Below are positions 27,211 through 39,195 of a stretch of 64,000 nucleotides of DNA, one piece after another (the first letter of the stretch is position 1; each line of letters opens with the position of its first letter). A program made the position numbers and the translations under genes. This stretch comes from Octopus sinensis (lineage: Eukaryota): NCBI RefSeq assembly GCF_006345805.1, contig NC_042998.1:154876001-154940000 (forward strand). Reading direction: 5' to 3'. The notes beneath the pieces were generated by a model that made no database searches, was not told the DNA's origin, and worked only from the letters and a program-made list of their open reading frames with translations.

Positions 27211-27859
27211 TACAGGTAAGTATTAAACATTTTGAACATCTCAAGAACAAGTAGATAGTGTTGCTTGACTCTACTGACTCAAGTTTGGTCAGAGAGTGAA
27301 GATTTTAGGTTAGCATCAAGTTTATAAAGAGGAACACGTTAAGGGGCCTGGATCTGGGAGTGGAGTGTATGGGGAAATACAAGGAAGTAAATGGAGGGAG
27401 AAATACTGAAGCATAATCTTGCTTGATCTCATAAAGAGTTATAAATACGATACATGGTTATTCAGTCAGAGGGAAAGAGCAAGAGAAAGCGAGAGAGAGT
27501 GGAAGAGAGCAAGAGTGCAAGAGAGAGCAGGAGAGACATGATGGCAAAGTACCAGGGCATACACACAAGGAATGGGGATCAGATTATAAATGGGAGGGTA
27601 GAGTAGAGCAAGAGATAGATAGATGGTGGAGAAATGCCGGGAAATTCCATAAAGGTGCAGGGGTCAGAATATAGATAGTAGGGTATTGCCAAAGGTGCAT
27701 GAGTAAGGAGTAGAGACTTCACATAAATACAAAGAGTGTGAGGGTTGGTGAAACCTGGGTATACAGAGAGGGTGGGGGACAACAGGATAGCAATGATGCA
27801 GTGAACAGAGTGGTAAGGACAGGATTGGGGAGCAAGAGGTAAACATAAGCATAGTGCAT

Positions 27860-29800
27860 GAAAAAGAGGAAATGTGAGGAAGAGAAGAGATGCAATTTGG
27901 TTTGTTAGAGTAGGGTGTATGAAAAGTTTTATTGTTATATGTGGGTAGAATACACAGTACTTCCAGAACTCAGTTTCACTAAAGTAGGTAGGTCTTTTCA
28001 AGAATCTCATCACTAGACATCTTGGTCCATTGTCATCTCCTCCATGAGGCCCAACATCCTGAGATTGGTCCTCATTACATTATCCCATGTCTTCCTCAGT
28101 TTCCCTCTTCCACAAGTGCCATCCACATTCAGTGATCTGCACTTCTTTATACAGCTATCTTCATTGATATGTATCATAGTACCCGAACCAAGATAGTCTT
28201 CTTTCTTGCAGGCTGCCTTTGATTCCCTTTATGAGGGCTACTCAAAAGAAACCAGAATTTTGCAATATTATTTTATTCACTTAGTTTTACATGTTTACAC
28301 TTTTATTGCCTTCAAAGTATTCTCCATTTGAAGCAATGCATTGGTCTAGGTGTGTTTTCCACTATTTGAAGCAGTACTGGAAGTCTTGTGAAGTGATGCT
28401 TTTTAATACCTCCATTGTTTTTTGTTTATCCCTTCCACATCTGCTAATTCCATAGCACCAGCTTTCATCACCAGTGATGACCTTCGAAAAAAGGTCCAGA
28501 TCAATTTACAACTGCATTCAGTCATGACTGCTTTTGATCTTCCATGAGCAAGAAAAACACAAATTTTGCTGCAACTCTTTTCATTCACAATTTATTGGCA
28601 GGAGTTCCAGGACACACCAGTTATATCAACAAGTTTGTCAATTGTTCAGTGATGGTCCTCCGAGATGTTTTCATTTGTTTGGGAGGTTGACAGCCGTCCA
28701 GAACAAGGTTGGTCTTCAAGTGATAAGTGACCATTCCTAAAGTGTGAAGCCCATTTGTAAACTTGTGTTTTACTCATGGTAGCATCCCTGTAAGCTGTTT
28801 GAAATATGACAACTGTTTTGGCCACTGTTTTCCCCGGTAGAAAACATAATTTCATGGAAGTACACTGTTCTTTTGTTTCAGCCATCACAAAAATCAATGA
28901 ACAGAGATAGATAGATGGTGGAAAAACAAAGACACACAATGTGGCAGTATGACTACACAGTTGGCAGACTGATACTTGAGGGTCACATCAAGTGGCTTCT
29001 AGAGGTGGAAGCCTGAACAACAATGGGCTTGTCCCACCAAAAACATTTTTGGTTATTTTGGAGTACCCCCTCATATGCCCAACTTTTCTCTCAACTCATT
29101 TGCACCTTGTTGTACATCCAATGGGGCATACTGCCTTCATTCCTCTCTAGTCTATGCATGTCTTCTGCATTCAGACCCCATGTCCACTACCGTGGAGTGT
29201 AGCCATTCTTACACAAGCATCATACAATCTACCTTTCTCTCTGAACTTTTATCCTATTCTTATTCTAGAAACAATACTTTCAGAACATCCTCCACCATTA
29301 CTAATTTGGTTACCTAGGTAATGGAAGTCCCTTGAACATTTGAAAGAGTCTAATTCCTATGTGTCCTTAGTGCTTATTGTTCCTGCACATCTGCCATTTT
29401 ATCTATTAATCTACTTCTGATTTCACTGCACCTCTTATGAGTCCATAGTTTACACAGGGTGTAGAGAATGGAATTACTTCCAATTCCTTTCCTATGTATT
29501 GAGCAGGGCCAGTTACCTGACGGAAAGAGAGTCTTATCTGTTTTCTTGCTAACAACAACTTTGGTCTTTGCTAGGATAAGTTTAATGCCTTTAATTCCAG
29601 GTTTTACTTCCATACCTGGAATTTCTTCTCCAATTCTGCTACAGATTCTGCAATAAGAGTAAGGTCATCAGTATACGGTAGTTCTCATGGGCATCTAGTT
29701 TTAATTTCCTCTGGAGGATTATGATGAATAAGAGTGGACTAAGAACTGATCCCTGGTGAACTACAGCTTGTACACTAAATTCATCACTATATTTACAGTC
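27860..29800 (-). mobile_element. RTE LINE copy interrupted by a mariner derivative
   Basis: Homologous to 25400-26580; sequence resumes across the TA at 28230/29074. Confidence 0.8.
28232..29073 (-). mobile_element. Mariner internal-deletion derivative
   Basis: TIRs TGAGGG.TACTCAAAA.AAACCAGAA / TTTTGGTTATTTTGGAGTACCCCCTCA with TA flanks; transposase N- and C-terminal remnants. Confidence 0.85.
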
Positions 29801-30089
29801 AATTCATGGAACAGAGAGGAAGTGATGGGGGAGGGAGAGGTTGTGGTGTGTGAAATGTGTTTTTTTTAACTAAGTTTTCTTTTTCTCTATTACTTAGCCT
29901 GTCTGCAATGCTTTCACACAATTAGTTGAAGGGAAAGGTGAAGAGTGAAAGAAAAAGGAGAGAAAAAGAGGGTAAAGCAAAGAGTGAGAGAGAGAGAGAG
30001 AGAGGGAGAGTGCTGTGTATTAAGTCTATAAAATTGTGCATAAATTATTAAAGTGTACATATAAAGTGCATTAAGTAATTTCCTTCACG

Positions 30090-31110
30090 TTTCAATGATT
30101 AGCAGGTGAGCAACTATCTTTTGAAACATACACAACACAGGCTACACTTTCAGGTGTTAGCCAGTGAAAAATTGCTGAAAATCTTCAAATTCCTCTTGCA
30201 ACTGTTAATAGAATTATAGTGCAATTCAAAAGCCAAGGAAAAGATTCAACAGAGTCTCGTCCTGGCTGACCTGGGCCCTCGGAAAGAAAGCTTTGCTGTT
30301 TGAAGAGAATTGTGGAAAATGAACCCCATTCAAAGGCTTAGAACATGTGTTACATATCTGCATAAGCTTGGGTATTATGGACGAGCAGCTCTTCAGCCAA
30401 TTAATATCATAAAAAGAAAGAAATGGGCTAAGGAGATGTCAGAAAAATCCAGTACATTTTGGGATAGAGTGATTTTCTCAGATGAACCTAGATTTGCATT
30501 ATTTTTAGACAGGGGATATGTTTGGGTCTGGAGGCTTCTCAATCACGAATTTGATGTGAAACAACTCCAACTAACTGTGAAACATGGCAGTATCTCTGTA
30601 ATGGTATGAGGAGCTGTCACCAGCAATGGTGATTCTGAGCTGATCGAATGTGTTGGAACCATAAACTCTGAAAAATACATCGAAATACTTAAACAAGGAC
30701 TACTTCCGATGTATTCACACGATAACATAATGAAAAATGAGTTTTATTCATGGAAAATGGGGATCCATGCCACACAGCAAAAAGAAATCAACAATGGCTG
30801 ACTGAAAATGGAATCAAAAAGCTCCCTTGGCCGAGCCAATCTCCTAGCATGAATCCAATTGAAAATCTTTGGAGCATACTAGATAGAGCTATATGAAAAA
30901 CTCGACAGAAACCTAAATCTAAAGATGAATTGTTTTGATTGTTGCATGAAAAGTGGGCAGAAATTCCACAAGAGACAATCACAAAGCTCATCAGTTCAAT
31001 GCCAAAAAGAGTTTCTGAATTAAAAACTGCAATGGGAATGTCAACTAAATACTAATGTATGTAGTTACACTTCAATTGTTCGCTTTGCATATTAAATAAA
31101 AGATTTTGAA
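30090..31110 (+). mobile_element. Degenerate Tc1 (DD34E) transposon
   Basis: WDRVIFSDE, TVKHGSISVMV, MENGDPCH, WPSQSPSMNPIENLW, ITKLISSMPKR. Confidence 0.88.
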
Positions 31111-31151
31111 AATTAAAGGTGTCTATTTACTTCCTGCATGTCTGTGTGTAT

Positions 31152-31221
<70 letters not shown>

Positions 31222-32974
31222 GTGTACAAATAAAGGTTACAAACCTCATTGAGGGATAGCAAAATCCTATGAAAGTACTGGCTAGTAACCTATACAAAGA
31301 ATGTTGAACATTGCAGTTAATACTCAACTGTAAGGTAACAATATAAACCGTGGTTTATAAATATTTATTTATTGGTGTTCAATTCCTTCATGTTGAGTAA
31401 ACAGCTGCAAACCATTAACTAATAAAATTTATACATAAAGATCATTATATCAGACATGGTATAGACCTTAGAAAGGGGAAAAAGGTTGTGTATACTGGAG
31501 TTATAAAGTAAGAATAGATCAACATATTCATCTTGAGTGTTTAGTATAAGAACAATTCAAGTAGATATATAGGTATAAATGTCATATATTGTGACATCCA
31601 TATCACATCAGTAGAAAATTAGTATGTAGAGTTTAATTCAAGTGTGTATTCTAGTCAATCTATTACTTAATATAAATATCGAAAGCGTTAAAAGACTTAT
31701 AAGATATATTAACTTAATGTTAGGGTTTATAGAATTTTTAAGTTAAAATTAAGAATAAAGTAAAATAAATAAAACAAAATAGAGTAAAAAGTAAAAATAG
31801 ATAGACTAAAAATAAATAAATGAATAAGGACTTACAAAATATAGCCTTTCAGCTCTTAAAAAAAACTTATTGAGCTAGACCAATAAAGATAAGGAACTAT
31901 TGGACAAAATTAAAAAATTTCATATGTGCAGTGTTCCCTTGGTGAGATACTGGATGTAAATATAAGAGGCACAAGTGAGAAGATAAAATATTTAACATAA
32001 ATAAATAAATAAGAATTAAAGGGAATAAATATATGCTAATAAAAATAATAATAAGGGGTTAAAAATGGATCAATTCAACAAGTTAAATAAAAAGATATTA
32101 ATAAAATTATTTGAACAGTTAAATATGATGCCCTCAAAACTGGAAGTAGGTATTAATATAGAAGTGAAGAGTTAAAGAATAGCTGGGAATAATCTAAATT
32201 AGGGACATACCAAAGCAAAACCAGGTAGAAATAAATATGTATTTTTTACAGTGAGTTAGAAAATAGCTTCAGGTTTGGTTCATATAATACAATTAATATA
32301 GAGGTGAAGAGCTAATGAAAAACTAGGAACAATCAAAATTAGGGACACAGAAAAAGTTAGACCTGGTACAGAAAGACTTCCTCCTGTTCCCCACTCCCAC
32401 CACCATTTTCTCACAAATTATTAAAAAAAAGTTAAAAATGAAGAATTTAGGGGGATAATTTCAAAATGCTGATTTTTGCCAATATTTTTGCAGATTCATA
32501 TTCTCCATAGCCAAAAACGGGGGTTTGTGTAGAAAAAAAAATTAAATAAAAAAAAAGGTGTTTTTTGTGGGGGTACAAAAGGACGTCATACCCCCGGTAA
32601 ATCTAAACATATATTTTACAGTGAATTAGAAAATAGCTAAAATGTGAGGTTCTTATAGTATAATTCAAAATTAAAGTAAATAAAAATAAAAATTATTATT
32701 ATCATAAGTGAATAAGTTAACAGATATACTTTCATGCAAGGAGATAAATAAACCATAAAAAATTTATTGTAGATGAGATAACAATACATAGAAAGAGAGA
32801 GAGATACAGAAGAATCATAAAAGAAGTCATGCTTGAGATATAGAAAATCAATAGAAGAAAAAACAGTTAAGGGGAGGTAATAGATAAGTTGCTAGACAGC
32901 TAAATGAATAAGTGATAAATGGGCTAGACAGGAGAGGTTTGCAAGGTATGAAGTAAAAATACAATACTGATGCT

Positions 32975-33666
32975 CAGGAGCAATAAACACTAAAAATGCG
33001 CAGAGACCAACTTCCACCATATTCCAGGGAGAAAAACTAGAAATAGTTGATAGCTTCCGTTACCTAGGTGACCAAGTCAGTAGCGGAGGTAGGTGTGCTG
33101 AAAATGTAACTGCTAGAGTAAGATAAAGTTCAGAGAGCTCTTACCTCTACTGGTGACAAAAGGCCTCTCACTCAGAAGTAAAAGGCAGACAGTATGACGC
33201 ATGTGTACGAACAGCCATGCTACATGGCAGTGAAACATGGGCCATGACTGCTGAGGATATGCGTAAGCTCACAAGAAATGAAGCCAGTATGCTCCGATGG
33301 ATGTGTAATGTTCATACTCAACAGAGTGTAAGTTCCTTGAGAGAAAAGTTGGACCTAAGAAGCATCAGTTGTAGTGTGCAAGAGAGACATTTGCGCTGGT
33401 ATGATCATATGGCGAGAATGGATGAAGATAGTTGTGTGAAAAAGTGCCACACCCTAGCAGTTGAGGGAACCCTAGGACGAGGTGGTGAAGCACGACCTTT
33501 GAACATTAGGGCTCATCAAGGAAATGACTAGTGACCGAGACCTTTGGAAGTATGCTGTGCATGAGAAGACCCAGCAGGACAAGCGAGACCATAACCCGTG
33601 GCTTCTACCTGGGATGTAGCCAGTTCACTTATGCATACTTTTCCTTCTTGGGACACAAAACTCTGC
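32975..33666 (+). mobile_element. RTE LINE 3' end; tail continues at 38661-38790 after the TIR insertion
   Basis: SFRYLGDQ, LHGSETW and LRWYDHMARM motifs; same family as 242-996. Confidence 0.85.
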
Positions 33667-33908
33667 GGTACTACTAGCGAAGACAGGACCCGGTGTGCGC
33701 TAGTCGTAAGTAGTCGATCCTACAACGACTTGCGCGTATGCAAATGAGTTGATTTTACAGAATAAAACAAAAGAGTTTTTTAAAGAAAGTAAATAAATTA
33801 TTTCTTAGAACAATGTATATGATTTTTTTAAACAAATCAAATAAAATGTGTGTGATATATTTAGTTTTTAGTTTTTGGACAGCATCCATAGTAGGTACAT
33901 CATTCAGG

Positions 33909-33985
<77 letters not shown>

Positions 33986-34109
33986 GTATATGTATATATA
34001 TATGTGTGTGCGTATGTGTATATGTGTGTGTATGTGAGTATATATATGTGTGTGTGTATATATGTGCGTATGTGTGTGTATGTATATATGTATGTGTGTG
34101 TAGTGTATG

Positions 34110-34145
<36 letters not shown>

Positions 34146-34146
<1 letters not shown>

Positions 34147-35775
34147 CTCTCTCTATATAAAAGGCAGTTTGTCTGTCTGTGTGTCTGTCAGGTTGTACCC
34201 TCACCCTGACCACGGCTTTCAACCGATTGTGATGAAACTTGACACACACATAGCCCAATGTCATAATTCAAAACTAACGCAGCGAAAATTTTGAAAAGTT
34301 CCCCCAGTTCTGAAAAAAATCGATAAATTCGACATGGGGTCGAGAATCTAAGCTTTTCATATGCAACACATTTTCTGTTGTAGTTTTCGAAACTTGCAAT
34401 CAATTTTCACCAAACTCATGGTGATACTTATTGTTACCCTAAGAAACTTAATTCTGATGTTAGTTTTCCATGCAATACCTTACCACCAGAAAAAATCGAT
34501 AAAATCATGCCATTTTGGGAAATCTCGAAATTCAAGATGACATATTTTTGACAATATCTTTAACAAATTGGCAGGAATTTTTTTAAAAATTCACAGCGAG
34601 CATCATGTCTGCTCCAAGGAGCTATATGGCCCTTTTTATTCCAATAGGATACTTTATTACTGTATATTAAACACAAACCACAGACGGTCTAGGGGATGCA
34701 ACTCGACCTTCTTTAACTCTTACTCCCCCAAATAACTATCAAACAGCTATCGATAATTCAACCCACAGGAGGAAATCTAGACTTAATCTTCAAAGTATCC
34801 CACATACAAACCAAATATTACATTGAAACCTTCAGACTAACCTAAGTTTTGGTGAACCAATTCCTACCAGGAAGAACTTACCTCCGAGACTTTACCCCCA
34901 ACACAGCCACTTTAAGCAGTCAACGAGACAAAACATGACCAGACAACATAACCTTGGCATACTTCTGCTAATCGCTGCTGCAGCTGCAAGTTATTTGAAT
35001 ACTTTTTTTTGTTTAAACTTTCTTTATAACTACCACCCCAAACGTTTTACCTTAAATTTTTGACATACCCTAAGGGTCCTCAGACGCTACTTGCAAACTC
35101 TTGGTTTATTATAAGCCGCTTTTATCCACTTCTCAGTTTCCTGTTAAACTCTGCTTCACAATGTCCATCAATAAATCCCAAGGCCAAATGCTACAAGTTG
35201 CTGGGTTACATTTGGGCGAACAGTGCTTTGCCCATGGTCAACTCTACGTGGGCTGTTCAAGCGTTGGGAGGCGCAATGATGTTTTCATGTTTTCGCCCAA
35301 AGGGACAGCTAGGAACGTCGTATACACAGAAGTATTGGAGTGAAGAGAAGACGTTGCAACCTACACATACGCCTTTGTTCCCTAGAGGGAAAGTACTAGA
35401 TCGGGATTAGTCGTTGCCTACTAGAGGCTCCCAAGCCCCCTTTCACTAGACTTAAGTTAGGATTAGGTAGGGCTTAGCTGTGGTCCGAACCCAACTTGGG
35501 TTCGGGGGCAGGGGTGTCAAAAGGGCCAACATGTGCAACCTTATCACCTCTGCCTGTCAAACTCCCAACCCAAACTCAAACTCAACTGGGTTGAGTGTGT
35601 TAAACAAAACCAGAAAATGCATGCAAGGGAACGGTGCTTTGAATGCCTTAATGCCTTTTAGGCTTCATTTTACAAAATAACGGTTCAATGAGTACAAAAA
35701 AGGGTAAAAAGGTAAAGGGCATTGCTTATCGACAAAGTTTCTTACATACCCAGGCAACGCCAGGCTATGCTGCTA

Positions 35776-35776
<1 letters not shown>
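34146..35776 (+). mobile_element. Non-autonomous Helitron with Pif1-like helicase remnant
   Basis: 5' A|TC(TC)TATATAAAAGGCAG plus (GTCT)n; 3' imperfect GC-rich hairpin at 35749-35765 then CTAG|T; QFPVKLCFTMSINKSQGQ...CFAHGQLYVGCS at 35130-35343. Confidence 0.88.
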
Positions 35777-35820
<44 letters not shown>

Positions 35821-35859
35821 TAAAAAATGGAGTTAACGCAGGTTTAAACAAGTATTTTT

Positions 35860-35946
35860 ACTTTCTACATATGTTTCAAAAATTCCACTGATACTTATTC
35901 AAAAGAATAAAAGGTATAAACAATGCAATCTTCTCTTCGGGAAAGT
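35860..35946 (-). ncRNA. Type I hammerhead ribozyme motif (left arm copy)
   Basis: Reverse complement of 37038-37124. Confidence 0.75.
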
Positions 35947-36494
35947 GAAAAAACGAAACTTGTCAATACGACATTTTAGCAAAAAATGATGGATTCGTAT
36001 AGCGATAGACAGAACGCTATTAATATTGTTTAAAAAAACGTTATATGATATAATGTCATAAGTAGCTAACAGAAAGAGTTGGGATATTAATAGTGAATGT
36101 TAAATATAAAGGAAATTAAAGTCTAAACTATATATAATGATAGAGACTACTTATATGCACTAAAAGTATGTTTCTGCCAATGCTTACATCTGTATGCTCG
36201 TTCTATAACCGTGTTTACTAGAGTAATTTTAGAAAAAATAATGAAAAATAGCTCAGAATTGCAGAGAAGACAGAATTTCTTGCCTTTGTCATATGGTATC
36301 GAAATTGAGAGGATCAACCATTCTAAATGAAATTGTTCATTATGGTCTTTTAAATCCCAAATCAGTTTGCTGAGACTGGTACTATTCCGTTTATTTCTAT
36401 CCCTAAATGTTGAGTAATGGATAGAAATTCTCTTAGATAACTCTAACGATGTGCTTCCAATGTAAAATCGTACTTTATTACGAGTACCAGTGTA

Positions 36495-36834
36495 TACACT
36501 GGTATATAAAGTACGATTTTACATTGGAAGCACATCGTTAGAGTTATCTAAGAGAATTTCTATCCATTACTCAACATTTAGGGATAGAAATAAACGGAAT
36601 AGTACCGGTCTCAGCAAACTGATTTGGGATTTAAAAGACCATAATGAACAATTTCATTTAGAATGGTTGATCCTCTCAATTTCGATACCATATGACAAAG
36701 GCAAGAAATTCTGTCTTCTCTGCAATTCTGAGCTATTTTTCATTATTTTTTCTAAAAATACTCTAGTAAACACGGTTATAGAACGAGCATACAGATGTAA
36801 GCATTGGCAGAAACATACTTTTAGTGCATATAAG
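36495..36834 (+). pseudogene. 5'-truncated Penelope-type GIY-YIG endonuclease; mirrored on the minus strand at ~36150-36494
   Basis: FYIGST...KRISIHYSTFR...STGLSKLIWDLK...W.IL...PYD...CLLCNSE...LVN...CKH. Confidence 0.85.
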
Positions 36835-37037
36835 TAGTCTCTATCATTATATATAGTTTAGACTTTAATTTCCTTTATATTTAACATTCACTATTAATAT
36901 CCCTACTCTTTCTGTTAGCTACTTATGACGTTATATCATATAACGTTTTTTTAAACAATATTAATAGCTTTCTGTCTATCGCTATACGAATCCATCATTT
37001 TTTGCTAAAATGTCGTATTGACAAGTTTCGTTTTTTC

Positions 37038-37124
37038 ACTTTCCCGAAGAGAAGATTGCATTGTTTATACCTTTTATTCTTTTGAATAAGTATCAGTAGA
37101 ATTTTTGAAACATATGTAGAAAGT
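37038..37124 (+). ncRNA. Type I hammerhead ribozyme motif with CCGAAGA core and enlarged loop II (right arm copy)
   Basis: ACTTTC-CCGAAGA-GAAGATT[42 nt]AATTTTT-GAAA-CATATG-TA-GAAAGT. Confidence 0.78.
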
Positions 37125-37311
37125 AAAAATACTTGTTTAAACCTGCGTTAACTCCATTTTTTATTCATATCATTCAAATATTCAACGTAAACACGAAGTT
37201 TCAACCTTTATAAACAAGGAGTTACAACATCTTTACTTGTGAGATTTTTGCTGCCCTGGTAACTATTCATTCATTTATCCGTGTTAATTGTTAACAAGGT
37301 AAAATACACTC

Positions 37312-37364
<53 letters not shown>

Positions 37365-37803
37365 TATTTTCACTTCTCGACCAATCATACTGCATTCGCA
37401 TCTAAACACTCAAAACATGTTTTTATCTATCTATTTTTATCTATCTATTTTCTCTACTTACTAACTACTAATTCGCTTAAACAGTTGTCATCGTATTCCC
37501 TAACTCCTCTCATCATTTCTCCATTTCTCCACCGTCCCCCCTCAATATCCCTTTATTAATTTTGCCCGTCCAAGTCCTCGCTCTCTCGTCTATCAACCTT
37601 CGCGTATTCGCGGTGCACCCGCCCTTGCCCACCCCCACCACCAATACCGGATATCTCTATATTTTTGCTCCATCTATACTGGATGTCGCTTCTCCCACCA
37701 CCATTATAGGTGTCTACTCTTCGAACCCCCCTCTTCAATACGCTATTTCACCATGCATTACCCCTCTCGTGATATCCTACGTTCTACTTGTCTAGAACCT
37801 GTC

Positions 37804-37983
37804 ATCGTTTCTCCGAACACCCCTCCCCACTGGTGCTCCCCTATATTCCTGCACCCCTCCCCCACATAAAAAGCACCATCCGAACATGGCCGATATCGTT
37901 TCTCCGAACACCCGTCCCCACTGGTGCTCCCCTATATTCCTGCACCCCTCCCACATAAAAAGCACCATCCGAACGTGGCCGAT
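37804..37983. repeat. Tandem duplication of ~91 bp
   Basis: ATCGTTTCTCCGAACACCC...AAAAAGCACCATCCGAAC.TGGCCGAT occurs twice. Confidence 0.85.
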
Positions 37984-38196
37984 GCCAGACCCCTCTGGCA
38001 CCTGTGCAGGTGGCACGTAAAAAGCACTCACTACACTCGCGGAGTGGTTGGCGTTAGGAAGGGCATCCAGCTGTAGAAACACTGCCAGACCAGACTGGAG
38101 CCTGGGGCAGCCCCTGGCTCCCCAGACCCCGGTCGAAACCGTCCAACTCGTGCTAGCGCGGAAAACGGACGTTAAACAATGATGATGATGATGATG

Positions 38197-38198
<2 letters not shown>
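37955..38198 (+). mobile_element. SINE/LINE-tail element with (GAT)n tail; near-identical copy at 39262-39470, diverged copies at 18555-18730, 24575-24860, 38925-39090
   Basis: GTGGTTGGCGTTAGGAAGGGCATCCAGCTGTAGAAAC...GGA.GTTAAAC.ATGATGATG. Confidence 0.85.
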
Positions 38199-38227
<29 letters not shown>

Positions 38228-39072
38228 TATATACACATATATATATATATGTGAGAAAGAGAGAAGAAACAAAATATCCTTAAGATGATAAGGAATGGAA
38301 AGTTGATATCGATTGATGGATTTGATAAGATGGAGATATTTTGGTAACAGTTCATTACACGTGTGTATCCGTGTGTAAGAATGTCTGAGCGAGAGAGGAG
38401 AGCATATTACAGCATTCCATGAAGGGTTTTGTTTTTTTTGGTTTGTTTTGATGTTTTCTTGTTTGTTTATTTACACTAAACCCCCCTCTCCACCACCCTT
38501 GTCTTGATCATTAATTAGACCCATTGGTTGTCTTCCAACCTACAACACAACTCATTTGCATATGCGCAAGTCGTTGTAGGATCGACTACTTAAGACTAGC
38601 TAGCGCGGACGCACGACTGCGCGTGTGCACACACTGGGTCCAGTCTTCGCTAGTAGTACCAACTCTGCTTGAGAAGACCTGTTGAGGCAAGTGAAATCAA
38701 AATCAAATTCGATGACTGGCATCCGTGCTAGCGGGGTACAAAGAGCACCATATGAGTGTGATCGTTTGTCAGAGTGGCTAACATGGAGGGGGTGGGCCAA
38801 CCGCAAACTAACAAACATGCACTAGGAATTAAAAGAGAGACAGCACCATGATGGCATGGTGCTGAAATAGACACAATAAGACAGAATAGAGGGAAAATAA
38901 TAATAAAGGTTTATGATGAATACATGCCAGTGCCATGTAAAATACACTTGTGCCAATGCCACATAAAAAGCACCCAGCACACTCTATAAAGTGGTTTGTG
39001 TTAGGAAGGGCTGTAGAAATCATGCCAAAATAGACAAACTCCTGTCAAACTGTCCAACTCATGCCAGCATGG

Positions 39073-39189
39073 AAAATGGATGTTAGATGGAGAATATGAT
39101 ATTGATTTATATATATATCTGTGCCTTGTTGTACCATTTATCTACTTCTATATATATATAAATCAACATCATATTCTCCATCTAACATC

Positions 39190-39195
<6 letters not shown>
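39073..39195. repeat. Short inverted repeat (~46 bp arms, ~31 bp spacer) next to (TA)n
   Basis: AAAATGGATGTTAGATGGAGAATATGATATTGATTTAT versus ATAAATCAACATCATATTCTCCATCTAACATCCATTTT. Confidence 0.85.

Larger units (their letters stand above)
35814..37170. repeat. Long spacerless palindrome of a Penelope-like element 3' end (~680 bp arms)
   Basis: 35814-36494 is the reverse complement of 36495-37170 with a handful of substitutions; centre TACCAGTGTA|TACACTGGTA; flanked by (TA)n. Confidence 0.95.
33667..38660. mobile_element. Non-autonomous Merlin-like DNA transposon (~5 kb including nested insertions)
   Basis: TIRs GGTACTACTAGCGAAGAC... (33667-33751 and 38548-38660); perfect 8-bp TSD AACTCTGC at 33659-33666 and 38661-38668. 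Confidence 0.85.

Noticed and set aside
31350-31885. Hammerhead remnants (AAACAGCTG near 31400; GAGCTGAAAGGCTA on the minus strand near 31845)
   Set aside because: No CYGANGA core in the correct position
33755-34294. Long ORFs rich in YI/HT/CV (also at 7483-7775, 18645-18964, 39080-39528)
   Set aside because: Translations of (TA)n/(CA)n microsatellites
36490-36837. Stand-alone intact GIY-YIG nuclease gene
   Set aside because: The GTG start is created by the palindrome centre and the N-terminal GIY strand is truncated; treated as a Penelope fragment
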